Virus record (IMG/VR): IMGVR_UViG_3300045988_175328
Location: 32,001-96,000 of that record
From: a virus
Direction: 5' to 3' (one strand)
Length of the DNA stretch: 64,000 nucleotides
The position numbers and the translations under genes are program-made. This document shows, in pieces, positions 26,232 through 37,800 of this stretch. The stretch's first letter is position 1; every line of letters begins with the position of its first letter. Under the pieces are notes generated by a model, which worked only from the letters and a program-made list of their open reading frames with translations, was not told the DNA's origin and did no database searches.

Positions 26232-27470
26232 ATGGAAAATAAAATTGAATATTGCTTTGTAATTGATAAAGATAACCAACCATTAGCGCCAACAAAAGTG
26301 AATAAGGGATGGTATTTAATTAGAAAAGACAGAGCAAAATTAAAGTCTAAATACCCTATGGTAATTCAATTAAAAAAAAGAGTTAAATTTGATAAAAATG
26401 ACAAAAGTTGCATAGTTTGTGGTATAGATGATGGTTCTGTACATGTTGGATTAGCTATTGTACAAAAATGTTCTACTAAAAATAAGGTAGTATTTAAGGG
26501 AACTATCGAACAACGTCAAGATGTAAAACATAAAATAGATTCTAGACGTGGATATAGACGTTATCATCGTTATCACAAAAGACATAGACAAGCTAGATTT
26601 GATAATCGTTCTTCTTCTAAAAGAATTGGTAGATTGGCTCCAAGTATTAAACAAAAGAAAGATGCTATTTTAAGAGTACTGTATCAATTAAATAAATGGA
26701 TAAACATTAAAGAATATTATCTTGAAGATGTTTGTATAGACATTCGTGCAATGACAGATGGATATAAACCTTATAAATGGCAGTATCAAAAATCTAATCG
26801 TTTGGACGAAAATCTTAGAAAAGCTGCTATTATTCGTGACAATTCCAAATGTCAAGAATGTGGAAAATCTAATTGCATATTAGAAGTACATCATATACGC
26901 GCAAGAAGATATGGTGGAGCAAATACTATTGGAAACTTAATCACGCTTTGTCCTAAATGTCATCAAAAAACAGAAGGTAAGGAACGAGATTTTGAAGATA
27001 AATACTTCAAAATTATTGGTTTTAAACCTAAGCGATTTGATTATGCAATGCATGTTATGCAAGGCAAGAATTATCTCAGAAAGAAAATATCCGAATTAGG
27101 ATTGTTGCATTTAACTAATGGCGGCAAAACTGCGAATAAAAGAATTGAATGGAATATAGAAAAATCTCATAGTAATGATGCGATATGTATTACAAATAAT
27201 ATTCCAGATTCTTGTAATCTAAAAGAATGGATTATTAAGCCAATGCGAAGAAAATCAAAAGCAAAAACTAATAATGTATTAGGAATTAAGCATAGGGATT
27301 TAGTTTCTTATATATATAGAAATGGAGAAGTACATACAGGCTATGTTACGGCTTTATATCCAGAACAGTTAGCTTTAAATTTTCAATCAAAAACTAAACA
27401 TTGCAAAAAAGTAAATGCACGAAAATGTAGATTGCTTTGGCAGTTTAGTAAAATTTATTGGCTAGAATAA
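26232..27470 (+). CDS. iscB: IscB-type RNA-guided nuclease (RuvC split by bridge helix and HNH)
   Basis: PLMP-like N-terminus [14 protein letters not shown]; Ruv[15 protein letters not shown]; Arg-rich bridge helix [22 protein letters not shown]; Ruv[14 protein letters not shown]; [36 protein letters not shown]; Ruv[14 protein letters not shown]. Confidence 0.8.
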   Translation: MENKIEYCFVIDKDNQPLAPTKVNKGWYLIRKDRAKLKSKYPMVIQLKKRVKFDKNDKSCIVCGIDDGSVHVGLAIVQKCSTKNKVVFKGTIEQRQDVKHKIDSRRGYRRYHRYHKRHRQARFDNRSSSKRIGRLAPSIKQKKDAILRVLYQLNKWINIKEYYLEDVCIDIRAMTDGYKPYKWQYQKSNRLDENLRKAAIIRDNSKCQECGKSNCILEVHHIRARRYGGANTIGNLITLCPKCHQKTEGKERDFEDKYFKIIGFKPKRFDYAMHVMQGKNYLRKKISELGLLHLTNGGKTANKRIEWNIEKSHSNDAICITNNIPDSCNLKEWIIKPMRRKSKAKTNNVLGIKHRDLVSYIYRNGEVHTGYVTALYPEQLALNFQSKTKHCKKVNARKCRLLWQFSKIYWLE

Positions 27471-27517
27471 TATTATATATATTTAAGAGTATTTTTTTTA
27501 AGGAGATATTGTAAACA

Positions 27518-29113
27518 ATGGCAAATCGTCCATGGGGTTATGGCCCTACAAAATTATCATTAGGTAGTGACGGAAAAGTCTTTAAATCTAATGGCTTCGA
27601 AAGCTTAAATGGCACAGAACGTCGTGTAACTCGTACTGGCGTTCGTTTAAATACTGCTAACCATGATACTTCCAATATTCAATATTGGACAGATTCTCGT
27701 TTGCCAGTATTGTTCCGTTACAACTATGCAGAAATGTACAACCAAATCGTTATTCCAAAAGGACGTATGGTTGCAGTAGATGCTGATGTTAAATCTAAAG
27801 CTGAAAATCCTGAAATTTTCTTAAACGTTTTAACTTTAGCAAATGGTGGATCTCCAGTTCGTTTGCGTAAAATGACTGACGTATATCCAGCAGCCGCTCC
27901 TGATGGTATCGTTTCTGCAGATGGCGCAGCTAAACCTTTAGCTAATACAGACACAGAATGGACTCCAGTAGCTGCTGATGCATATACTGAAAAATATTAT
28001 AAACCATTTGCTAATGGTGGCAATGAAGCTATCATGAAAGCTAATGCATTAGAAAAAGATGAATTCACTGGTTTAGTTAAAAAAGATGGTAAACCAGTTC
28101 TTGATCATCGTGCAGGTAACGTACCAGTAGGTATGTTAGTTCGCAATGAATATACTCGTGATGAAGATGCATTCAATGGCATGATGCCAGGTGCAATTAA
28201 AACTGATATCTTAGTTGAACTTCCTCACTTCTTACATAAAGATAAAGCTGAACTTAACCCATGGGGTTCTGTTTATGGTAAATTAGTTCCTGGCGACTTA
28301 GTAAAATCTGATGAAAATGGTCGTATTGTACGTTCTCCATTATCTGACGAAGCAGAAGTTGCTAAAATGAATATGGTAGAATACCATAATGAATTACGCC
28401 AAGTAATTGGTCAAGTACATGAAGTATCTCCTAACTTAGTTCCAGCTGGTTCTACTAAATGGGCTAAATGGGCTGTTTCTGATATGGAAAACTTTGTAGA
28501 ATATGACAATGGCCAAGGCTATGGTTTCACTAACCGTCGTGGCGAAGATATCTATGATGTTCCAGCTTACTATCGTAGCATGGATGGTTATGAATATAAC
28601 GAATTATATAACGAACATGATTTAAACATGACAGCTGGTAATTCTAAATTAGATGTTTATGATTCTCGTTTTGGTGCTAAATATGAATATCCTGGCATCA
28701 TTGGTTTAACTGATGGTCGCAACGTAGCTAAATCTGAACGCAAAGATGTTGTTTTAGGATTCATGCAAGCAGCAGCTCCTAATCAAGAATATGTTGACTT
28801 TAACTTCCGTGTTCCAGATCGTTTCGTAGAACCTAATACAACTCAAATTTCCTTGGGTGGCGGCGCTTATACTCCATTAACTGTTGGTGCTGTTCTTAAT
28901 AACGCTTTCCAAGTAGTTTACTACAATCATCAAAATGGCTTAATTCGTTTACGTGTTACTGATAAAGCAGCAGCTACTGCAGCTATCGCAGCAGGTAAAG
29001 AAGGTCGTTTAGAAGTTAAAGTATCTTATATGAAAGCAGGTTTAGCTGGCGTTCCTACATTTATGGATTGGGACGGTTGCGTTGGTTCTGCTAAAATTTT
29101 GTTACAAAAATAG
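27518..29113 (+). CDS. abundant-looking head-module structural protein of unknown family
   Basis: Strong RBS AAGGAG. Codon usage looks like that of highly expressed genes (cgt/ggt/gct-rich, as in the capsid and sheath genes). Sits immediately upstream of the HK97-type capsid gene. Confidence 0.45.
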   Translation: MANRPWGYGPTKLSLGSDGKVFKSNGFESLNGTERRVTRTGVRLNTANHDTSNIQYWTDSRLPVLFRYNYAEMYNQIVIPKGRMVAVDADVKSKAENPEIFLNVLTLANGGSPVRLRKMTDVYPAAAPDGIVSADGAAKPLANTDTEWTPVAADAYTEKYYKPFANGGNEAIMKANALEKDEFTGLVKKDGKPVLDHRAGNVPVGMLVRNEYTRDEDAFNGMMPGAIKTDILVELPHFLHKDKAELNPWGSVYGKLVPGDLVKSDENGRIVRSPLSDEAEVAKMNMVEYHNELRQVIGQVHEVSPNLVPAGSTKWAKWAVSDMENFVEYDNGQGYGFTNRRGEDIYDVPAYYRSMDGYEYNELYNEHDLNMTAGNSKLDVYDSRFGAKYEYPGIIGLTDGRNVAKSERKDVVLGFMQAAAPNQEYVDFNFRVPDRFVEPNTTQISLGGGAYTPLTVGAVLNNAFQVVYYNHQNGLIRLRVTDKAAATAAIAAGKEGRLEVKVSYMKAGLAGVPTFMDWDGCVGSAKILLQK

Positions 29114-29128
29114 GAGCTATTTGAGCAA

Positions 29129-30346
29129 GTGAAACTACAAGAATTTATCCAAGACAATTTGGCACAACGAGAAATTGCTCGTAAAGCCGGTTTAGAACAA
29201 AATCTTTCTCCTGAAAAAATCACGGAGTCTTTGAAAAAATATGATATGTTATCTGATGTTGTTGGTAAATTAAACAACATGAGCTTAACAGATAAAAAAT
29301 TTACAATCCGCGAAACTATTAATACAACTGATGTTGTAGATTTAGTACCTCGCATTATCGAAACTAAAATGATGGAAGCTGAAGATGAAGCTTCTATTAT
29401 TTCTCCATTCTTCACAAAAATCCAAGCAGGTAACTCTAATGGTACAGTAGTTGTTCCAATCATCGGCGAATTGCAAGCACATGAAGTTGGTGAAGGTACT
29501 ACATACAATGAAGAGAATGTAGAAATTACAACAATGCAATATACCAACTTGGAAATCCGTCCTAAAAAAATCGGCTTAAAAGTATCTATTACTGAAGAAG
29601 CGATTATGGATTCCTATTGGGATATCTTTGCAGCTAACATTAATAAAATTGGTTCCGCGATGGCTCGTTATAAAGACGAATGGTGTGCTCGTGAATTCTC
29701 TACTCATGGTCATACAGTATTTGATAACAGCTTAGCAGTTCAACAACCTGGTGCAGCTACAAATGGTTTAGGCGAAGACAGCTTACCAAATGGCACATTG
29801 TCTGTTGAAGACTTTATGTCTATGTGCTTATCCTTAATGACTAACGACAAAACTCCAACTGATGTAATCATGCATCCATTGTGTTGGTTAGTATTTGCTC
29901 GTAATGCTATGGTAGGCCAAGGTATGACATTCGGCGCAGCTGGTGCTATGAATGTACATCCATTTGGCGGTACTCAAGGTACTCCAGGTTTTGCTGGTTT
30001 ACAAAATAATATGGGTCCACAAAAATTTGTATTGACTCCAGATCAAGTTAGATTTAACTTGCCAATGCCTATCAATGTATTGTTGAGCCCTCGTGTTAAA
30101 TTCGATAAGAAAAACAAAACATTTGATATGTATGTAATCGATCGCAACAACATTGGTGCTATCGTTCAACGTGAAGATTTGTCCATTGAAAAATGGTCTA
30201 ATCCAGAAACTGACGTTCGTTTCATCAAAGCAAAAGAACGTTATGGTATCGGCATCATGGATAACGGTCGTGGTATTGCAGTAGCTAAAAATATTGCAGC
30301 TCTTCCAAGCTATCCACGCCCAGCAGTTGTTCGTGTTACAGAATAA
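29129..30346 (+). CDS. major capsid protein (HK97-fold type)
   Basis: GTG start after TAGGAG. A 405-aa ORF whose overall pattern (VDLVPRIIE.., VVVPIIGELQAHEVGEGTTY, KIGLKVSITEEAIMDSYWD, ARYKDEW) resembles HK97-like capsid proteins. A strong terminator follows. Confidence 0.7.
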   Translation: MKLQEFIQDNLAQREIARKAGLEQNLSPEKITESLKKYDMLSDVVGKLNNMSLTDKKFTIRETINTTDVVDLVPRIIETKMMEAEDEASIISPFFTKIQAGNSNGTVVVPIIGELQAHEVGEGTTYNEENVEITTMQYTNLEIRPKKIGLKVSITEEAIMDSYWDIFAANINKIGSAMARYKDEWCAREFSTHGHTVFDNSLAVQQPGAATNGLGEDSLPNGTLSVEDFMSMCLSLMTNDKTPTDVIMHPLCWLVFARNAMVGQGMTFGAAGAMNVHPFGGTQGTPGFAGLQNNMGPQKFVLTPDQVRFNLPMPINVLLSPRVKFDKKNKTFDMYVIDRNNIGAIVQREDLSIEKWSNPETDVRFIKAKERYGIGIMDNGRGIAVAKNIAALPSYPRPAVVRVTE

Positions 30347-30370
30347 CAATAACTTAAAATAAAATATTAA

Positions 30371-30396
30371 GGGGGAGCACATGCTCTCCCTTTTTT
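30371..30396 (+). terminator. intrinsic terminator
   Basis: GGGGGAGCA-CA-TGCTCTCCC followed by TTTTTT. Confidence 0.65.
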
Positions 30397-30418
30397 CTTT
30401 ACATAGAAAGGAAACACA

Positions 30419-30946
30419 ATGGCAGCAATTGCAGTAATTAAACTTGCCGATGGCGAGGTTACTTATTATGATCCTAAAACAGGAATTCGTTTAACGCAAG
30501 GATCTCCATATGCGACAATTGATGAAACTATGGACATCACAAATATTCGTAAATCTGTTCGTTTAGGTCGATTATCTTTGGTGCAAGGATTACTTCCAGC
30601 AGCAAATCAAGGATATGATAAAATTGTAGATCGTATTATTAAATCCACAAAAGAAGAAATTGATTCTGGCGTGCCTTTGAAAGATTTTGATGAAGAAGCA
30701 GCCTTGCGCGAAGCTGATGCTCAATTGGCAGAAGTTCAAAAAGAAATCGAATTAAAAGAAAAAGAAACATCTGTGCTAATTGAAGATGAGCTTATGAAAG
30801 TCGAAGCTGAGATTACAGAAGAAGATCCGATTACATTACAACCTGTTCATCAAGATGGACTTAGCTTAGACATTATTGACGAAGTAGAAGAAGAAAAAGA
30901 AGAAACTAAACCTTCTAAAAAAGGTCGTCCTTCTAAAAAGAAATAG
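30419..30946 (+). CDS. hypothetical acidic protein with a Lys-rich tail
   Basis: ORF track; RBS GAAAGGAA. Confidence 0.55.
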   Translation: MAAIAVIKLADGEVTYYDPKTGIRLTQGSPYATIDETMDITNIRKSVRLGRLSLVQGLLPAANQGYDKIVDRIIKSTKEEIDSGVPLKDFDEEAALREADAQLAEVQKEIELKEKETSVLIEDELMKVEAEITEEDPITLQPVHQDGLSLDIIDEVEEEKEETKPSKKGRPSKKK

Positions 30947-30954
30947 GTAAGTAA

Positions 30955-32073
30955 ATGTATAAAGAATTTGCCTTAGTAGATTTAGAAGTTAACCCTACAG
31001 AAAAAACAGTTAAATTCTTTTTTACTTCCAATGTTGATCCTGATTCTATCAATACTAAAACATTAAATATGGTTCACGGCGAGTCTCAAGAGATTTACCG
31101 ATTAAAATATACAGTATCTAAAAAAGTAGTTATCGTAAGAGTACTCGATGATATTGTCCCGAATGAAGAATATCGTTTTAATATTAATAAATTAATTAAA
31201 GATATTGCCGGAATTTCATTACAATCTTCTTTAATTAGAAACGTATTTTTTAATACTAAGATATATTCGAATACAAAAATTCTTTCGCCGGCAAATCATG
31301 AACTTGTAACTGGACCTATTACTATTGAATGGCAAGAGATTCTTAAGGATAAACGTAGAAAACCAATTCTACAATATCGATTGCAAATTAGTACTGATAT
31401 TGTCTTTAATAAGATAGTTGTAGATACAACGGTTTCTAATAAACAGACTTTAACGATTCCTTCGTTCGAGAAGCCATTGCAATATTTTGCACGTATTCGT
31501 GTAGAATCAGATGGCGAGTTTGGCAAATGGTCAGAAACAGTGACATTTACTTACGATACTTCTGATCGAATTAAAAGCGAAGCCGAAAAGGCTGAAGAGA
31601 ATCCTCATAAGATTACGCCTGTAAGTATCTATGCGCCATACAATTACAAGCGAGATATGCACAACAATAAGAGCAATTTAGATCATAATCCAAGTTCTTC
31701 TTGTGGCATGTCTCGAGATGAAATTAATAGTGCAACTCATACATTAACTCCTGTTGACCCAAATGCAGCAGCATCTTCTGCAGTTATGACACCGGAACTT
31801 TTAAAAGATGTATTAAAAGATACAGGGCGAAGATCTGCAACAACAGTTAGACTTGCTGACGGTACAACTATCTCGAAGGCAACTGAAGGAGAAGCAGGTG
31901 TTATTGTCGATGAGTCAGAAGAAGGATCGATTAAACCAATTGTCATCCAAGAACTAAAAGTATTAAAGCGTCCTCAACAAGGAACGTCCGATGCTTTTGT
32001 TTTTGAATTCGACGATGAAATTTCAGAAGAAGATATTTTAAATAATATCGAAATCATTAGAAAGGACTTTTAA
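30955..32073 (+). CDS. virion protein with an FN3/Ig-like domain
   Basis: PITIEWQE..YRLQIS..TLTIP..YFARIRVESDGEFGKWSETVTFTY fits a fibronectin type III-like pattern. Confidence 0.5.
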   Translation: MYKEFALVDLEVNPTEKTVKFFFTSNVDPDSINTKTLNMVHGESQEIYRLKYTVSKKVVIVRVLDDIVPNEEYRFNINKLIKDIAGISLQSSLIRNVFFNTKIYSNTKILSPANHELVTGPITIEWQEILKDKRRKPILQYRLQISTDIVFNKIVVDTTVSNKQTLTIPSFEKPLQYFARIRVESDGEFGKWSETVTFTYDTSDRIKSEAEKAEENPHKITPVSIYAPYNYKRDMHNNKSNLDHNPSSSCGMSRDEINSATHTLTPVDPNAAASSAVMTPELLKDVLKDTGRRSATTVRLADGTTISKATEGEAGVIVDESEEGSIKPIVIQELKVLKRPQQGTSDAFVFEFDDEISEEDILNNIEIIRKDF

Positions 32074-32074
32074 T

Positions 32075-32776
32075 ATGGCAGAAAAAGTCCCTTTTAAATA
32101 TACCATTTTTGGTAATCGATTAGAGATTACTCCAGAGAATGGAATTAAACCAGATTCTATTTACGAAATTCGAATAAAAAAAATAGAATCTAAAAATAAA
32201 AAGAAGAAATTAAAATATAAGGTATATACAGTTGCCTCAGAACAGAAATCTAATTTTTACACATTTGGCGATGTTAACTATCTCATCAAGGTCTTTGGTG
32301 CAGAAGATACGGAAGTTCTTTATGCATTAAAAGAAGCAAGTCGATTTGCTCAGTTTCTACTTGATCAAATTCCAGGATACCAAAATCGAGCAGATCTTCC
32401 GTATCTATTGCAACAGTTCTGTAAGTTAAGAGCAACCTTAACTTTAATTAATACAAATGCTGTTACGGCAAGTATGTCTGGTAAGGTATCTGGTAAGATT
32501 GGCGACATTAGTTTCTCAGCAGAAGATTCTTCTTCTTCTGGATCTAATTCTTCAAGCAAAGGCGGCGCGCCATCATTATCTGATTTAATTAAAATGGTTA
32601 AAGCAGAAATGGATCTATTTGCTAAATTAATTACAGATCCTACTTATATGACAATGGGACGAGCTCGACCTCAAATCGGCAAACGTTCTTACAATGAATG
32701 TCCGACAAGACATACGTATCCAACAGACTTATTCGATAACTTATCACGTTCATTAAAATCCCTAAGGAGAACATAA
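32075..32776 (+). CDS. hypothetical head-tail module protein
   Basis: ORF track; RBS AAAGGA; tight packing. Confidence 0.5.
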   Translation: MAEKVPFKYTIFGNRLEITPENGIKPDSIYEIRIKKIESKNKKKKLKYKVYTVASEQKSNFYTFGDVNYLIKVFGAEDTEVLYALKEASRFAQFLLDQIPGYQNRADLPYLLQQFCKLRATLTLINTNAVTASMSGKVSGKIGDISFSAEDSSSSGSNSSSKGGAPSLSDLIKMVKAEMDLFAKLITDPTYMTMGRARPQIGKRSYNECPTRHTYPTDLFDNLSRSLKSLRRT

Positions 32777-32778
32777 AT

Positions 32779-33225
32779 TTGTATAATCTCGACGACCGAA
32801 TTAGTGGATTAATTAAATTAATGGAAGTTGATATGTGGTTAGTTCAGCCAGATAATAAAAAGAAATGTACTTGCATAGAATACGTTTCTGAACATGGTGA
32901 TCCTTGCTGTCCTAATTGTTTAGGGTTTGGTAATAGAATTATCGTGAGAGAGATCCGGGCGCACATGCAACCAAAATCTATTACTGATCATTATGGTGAT
33001 TCTGGCAAGAATATATTAGGATACACTATTTATCTTCGTAATGAGTTTCCAGTTTTTGCTGGAGACATTATTGTATTTAAAGATAAAGTTCTTAAATTAA
33101 CTTATGTAAAAGATTGGTTCTCTAACACAAATGACGTCATTTATTACGAAGCCGAAGCTGTTGAGCTAAAACGACATCCAGAAATATTTTTAAAAAACTT
33201 CTATGCTATCATCGGAGATATTTAA
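32779..33225 (+). CDS. hypothetical protein with a zinc-ribbon-like CxC..CCPNC cluster
   Basis: TTG start 8 nt after AAGGAGA; KKCTCIEYVSEHGDPCCPNCLGFG. Confidence 0.5.
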   Translation: MYNLDDRISGLIKLMEVDMWLVQPDNKKKCTCIEYVSEHGDPCCPNCLGFGNRIIVREIRAHMQPKSITDHYGDSGKNILGYTIYLRNEFPVFAGDIIVFKDKVLKLTYVKDWFSNTNDVIYYEAEAVELKRHPEIFLKNFYAIIGDI

Positions 33226-34203
33226 ATGGTCGGCGATACAATACTAATCATCGGTTCTTCTAAAGAATCAAATAAACGATGTGTTGTCGAACAATATGAT
33301 CGGATTGAAGATGTTATTAAAGACTACGGTAAAGATTCAGATTTTGCTGAGGCCTTTAAGACCATCGTTAAATATCGTGTTGACGATGTGTATCTTGTCA
33401 ACATGAAAACAATCACAGATTTTAAAGATATTCTTCGACAAATAGAACATTCTGAGTTTACGTATATTTGTCCTATCTCGATCATGCTTAGGGATAGCTA
33501 CCAAGATAGTTTTAACTTACTTGAGTCACAATCGTATGTAAACCAGTTATCGCTGGCATGTTATCGAAATGATTCTAGAATTATCATGACAGATAACCAT
33601 GCTAGTTTATATGAAGATATGGATGCATTTAATGCAGACTACCGAGAACAAATTGCTAATTTTGCGACAATAAGAAATAAAAATCGTATTCTTGAAAACG
33701 TAATAGTTGTCGCAAATAATCTTAAAGAAACGAAATACGGTAATATAGTGCTGGCTTCATCGTTATCGATTAGCGAGCCTAACGAGTATCCTTTCATACT
33801 TGAAGATGAAGCTATTTTTCTTTTCGATTTTGCTGATATGTTACCGAATCTTGTGTACTTTAAAAATAATTTTAGAACAGGTGTGACTGTCGAGAATTTA
33901 GTTAATCTATCTTCCGACAATCCCAATAAATCTGTTTTAGTCATGAGGATTATTTCTTTAATTATTAAAGAGTTGCATTTTGAGGAATATATCGGTAAGC
34001 AATTTCGTCCATATTTTTTAACAAAAATAAAAGAAAAAGCAAGAAAAGTATTTGATTCTTTTGTTGGATATCTTATCTATGGATACGATATCGATGATGT
34101 AGAGTATGTTGACGATAAGAGTGGTGCTGTTAATATCGTTATACGATATACTCTTTATCCATTATTTACGATTGAATCATATACTGCAGAAATGAGGCTC
34201 TAA
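33226..34203 (+). CDS. hypothetical head-tail module protein
   Basis: ORF track; RBS GGAGA; contiguous with its neighbours. Confidence 0.5.
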   Translation: MVGDTILIIGSSKESNKRCVVEQYDRIEDVIKDYGKDSDFAEAFKTIVKYRVDDVYLVNMKTITDFKDILRQIEHSEFTYICPISIMLRDSYQDSFNLLESQSYVNQLSLACYRNDSRIIMTDNHASLYEDMDAFNADYREQIANFATIRNKNRILENVIVVANNLKETKYGNIVLASSLSISEPNEYPFILEDEAIFLFDFADMLPNLVYFKNNFRTGVTVENLVNLSSDNPNKSVLVMRIISLIIKELHFEEYIGKQFRPYFLTKIKEKARKVFDSFVGYLIYGYDIDDVEYVDDKSGAVNIVIRYTLYPLFTIESYTAEMRL

Positions 34204-34877
34204 TGGAATCATCAGATCTCATATTAAATAAGCTAAAAGAGAAACGTGCGCGATCAAAAGCTGTTCCAGCTACTACACCACAAAAGAAGGAATACTTTGA
34301 AAGATTGCGCGCTAAAAAAAGTATTAGTTTTGACGAGTTTATCGAGACATTGACTAAACTTGTCGAAAAAGCTTTTGTCGAAGATGGAGTTAAGATGAGC
34401 CCAGACGAAGGGGCTATGATTAAAGATAGAGAGCAACAGATTAATCATCCTTACATATTTTTTAAAATTGTAAGTGCTTTCCCTCAAAAAAATCTTAAAC
34501 CGCATCTTGTCGAAGAAAAAATTCGCAAGCCTGAGACAAAAGATGATATGTATCCTGTTAGAGATAATGTTGAAGAAGAAGCTATTGAAACATGGCGACA
34601 TCCTTTTGAATATACAATTCAATTTGATATATTTGCAGCTGACTATAGGACAGCTAATCGAGTATTAAATGAATTTGAATCATTAATGATTGATTATACT
34701 GGGTATTTGAAAGAGAATGGAGTCAGAGAGCTTCTTTACAAAGATCGATTAACAGATGATACTATGGTAGAGTTTCGTGAACGATACTCTATTAGAACTG
34801 TTCGCTACACTTTACTTATCGATAAAATGAATGTGGTAACACGTAAAATTATCGAACGACTATTAAGTTCTGATTAA
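34203..34877 (+). CDS. hypothetical head-tail module protein
   Basis: ORF track; start overlaps the upstream stop. Confidence 0.5.
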   Translation: MESSDLILNKLKEKRARSKAVPATTPQKKEYFERLRAKKSISFDEFIETLTKLVEKAFVEDGVKMSPDEGAMIKDREQQINHPYIFFKIVSAFPQKNLKPHLVEEKIRKPETKDDMYPVRDNVEEEAIETWRHPFEYTIQFDIFAADYRTANRVLNEFESLMIDYTGYLKENGVRELLYKDRLTDDTMVEFRERYSIRTVRYTLLIDKMNVVTRKIIERLLSSD

Positions 34878-34890
34878 AGGAAATGTAAAA

Positions 34891-37800
34891 GTGTATTCAT
34901 TTAAAAGCGAAATTTTAAAAGATTTACCAGGCATTTTTGTCGAAGTTAACTCTGCTCGTAAAAAGTTATACGACGACAGCCAATTCGGTAAAACAGATGC
35001 TGTATTGTGTATCGGTACTGCTTTTGACGGCCCTAATGGCTTCCCTGTACCAATCTACGATCCATCTTACGCTGTATATACATATGGCGATACTTATGAC
35101 CGCCGCACAAAACGAGAAGTTGACTTAGTTGCAACTATCTCTGACGCATATAATAATGGTTGTCGTACAATTTATGGCTTCCGTATCGGCGGCAAAGAAG
35201 CATATAAAGATTTTGCTTTCCGTGATGACAAAGCGATGTACCTTCGTGTAAAATCTACTTTCCCATCCAATAAAGCAAAACAAGTATACTTCACATTCGA
35301 TAATACTCCTGGTGAAGAAAAAATTACAATCTACAAACCAGTTTCCAAAGCAAGCTTGTATGAAAAATATAATGCATTGATCGACGAAACAACTGAAGTA
35401 ATCAAAGTTGATATCAACCTTGGTTTCTCTGGTGCTGGTTTTAATTCTAATACACAATTAACTGAAGTGTTACGTTATGTAAATCGTCATGTGTTAAATA
35501 ACGTTCTTGTTCTTTCTATCGTAAATGATGAAGGTCAAGATATCACACTTCGTAACGACTCTTATGATTTAGCCCTTGGGTCTTTATTCCCAGGAACTTA
35601 CTTCATTGGTCGTAGTCATTCTTTAGTTCCAATTCGTACTGAAGTTCGTACTCATATCATTAAAGGTGAAAACGCAATTAAACCTTATGATTCTTATGAT
35701 GGCGTATACTTCACTGCATTACGAATCAATACTGATGTATCTTCTCGTTACCCAATTTATGCAGGTTCCGATAAAGAAATGAACGAAGTATTGACTAAAG
35801 TTGGTATTAAAATGTTGTCTCATAACGACTATCTTGAATCTCCAATGCTTTCTAATTTAGCGTTCGCAGAAGACGAAGTCGATTATGAAGAAACAAACAT
35901 GACTAACTTCGAAAAATATGTTCGTCTTGGTTCTGGTTTTGCTATTACAGCAACAGCACATAAACGTACTAACACTAAAGGAGAAGAATTAGTTCCTCGT
36001 GTTAAAGAAACAGTAGCTAAAGATCCTCGTTATGTTGTTGGTATTAAAGATGGTGCATATAGCTTACTTCAAAATGCTGATATGCCTTATCGTGTACTAG
36101 GCGCTCAAATTGCTGCAGATACAGTAATTGGCGGCCGCTTACCAAAACCTAAAGATTTCTTACGTGCATTTGCTCAAGAAGTTTCTGTATTTAATTCTGT
36201 ACAAAATGGAGCTGTTGTTCCTAATACAGAATTAATTTCTATTACTCCTAAAGTAGATAGCATGGATACAAAAACATCTGCTCGTAAATTTAAATTTACA
36301 TTTAATAAAATTAAAGACGTAGAAAAAATTGTTCCATCCGCTATTTTCTCTAATGAAGTATTCACATATGTTCCAGTTGTAGATAATAAAGAAGCTTTAA
36401 TGCTTGACAAAAAAGTTTACAAAACTGGACAAGTATTCTTCATTAAAGATGAACAAAAAGTTGTAACAGTAACTGCTGAAAATAAACTTGAAGAGTTCGT
36501 CTCCAAAAATCAAAAATTCAAACACTTTGTTGCTGGCGACAAAATTATTGAATCTTTTGTATTAGGTGAAGATGTTCACTTTAAAGAAGTGGCAGATTTA
36601 TCTGGATTACAATATGATACAGACACTACAGGTATTTTAAAAGACGTTGATTCTACTGCAGGTTTATATTATGTAACTCGTGCAGCAGCTGCAACAGGAA
36701 CACCTATCAATGCAAAATATGTATTGATGACTGTAAATGGTGTATTAACTGTTGCGTCCTATGAAGATGGCAAAGTAACTCCTATCGGTAACTATGACAT
36801 CATCATGGATAAAGATACTCGTGATGATAAAGTAATCGCTTACATCGAAAACTTCGATAACGTAGAAAATAAAGTTGCAATCAGTGTTACTGATTATAAC
36901 TATCGTACATTATCTGAATTTGTAAGCGACTTAAAAGAAAATAAAACATTCTCTCGTTTATTTGATATCAAATTAACAGATAATGGCGTCATTGAAAAAG
37001 ATACTTTAATCGAAGATATCTTAGAACCAGTATTGAAAGATACAGAATTAGTATTGGGCGAGCTTCCTGCTCATAAAGTAATTGATTACGATTACTCTTT
37101 ACGTATTCCTTACCGTACTTCTGATAACTTTGCTCGCCAATTGGCACAACATTGTTTGAATACAGAAATGCGTACAGCTCATACTCATGGCCTTATCGGC
37201 GCAGAACGTATCTCTGATTATACATTATCTGGTGTTGCTCAAAAAGTTGAAGCATTAAAAACATTGTCTTTAGGCTTAAACTTAAAACGTGAAAACGGTC
37301 GAGCAGTTATCGATGATGACGGAATGCCAGTAAACATTGGTGGATCCATTTCCATGGTGTTCATGCAAAACAATGTACCAGTATTTAATTCTACATATTC
37401 TTATGTAGGTAATGGTGGTTCTGCATATGCTGGTTTAGTATCTGCATTAGATGTAGAACAATCCCCAACTAACCAAAAATTAAAAGCAACTCCATTGTTT
37501 GATTTAACAACGGCACAATTATCCGACTTAACAGCTCGCGGCATAGTAACAGCTAAAAATACATATACTCGTGGATATGTAATTACTGATGGTTGCACTA
37601 TGGCTGATAGCTCTGATCCTATGTCTCGTTTAAATACAGTTCGTATTATCGATGCTGTAGAACGAGTAATTCGTGAAGTTTGTGAACCATTCATTGGTAA
37701 ACAAAATAAAATTTCCGTACGTAATGCTATTCAAACTGGATTAACTTCTCGTTTGAATGAATTGAAAGGCAAATTATTGTACGATTATACATTCGATATT

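Noticed and set aside
29026-30382. Minus-strand ORFs 29026..29547 (173 aa), 29342..29539 and 29999..30382
   Set aside because: They are antisense to the two most strongly coding head genes, with Cys/Ser/Thr-rich compositions typical of reverse-frame artefacts. No RBS or promoter is present.
34254-35457. Minus-strand ORFs 34254..34622 and 35125..35457 and + strand alt-frame ORFs 34474..34668 and 34937..35128
   Set aside because: They overlap well-supported + strand genes, including the sheath gene. There are no translation signals.
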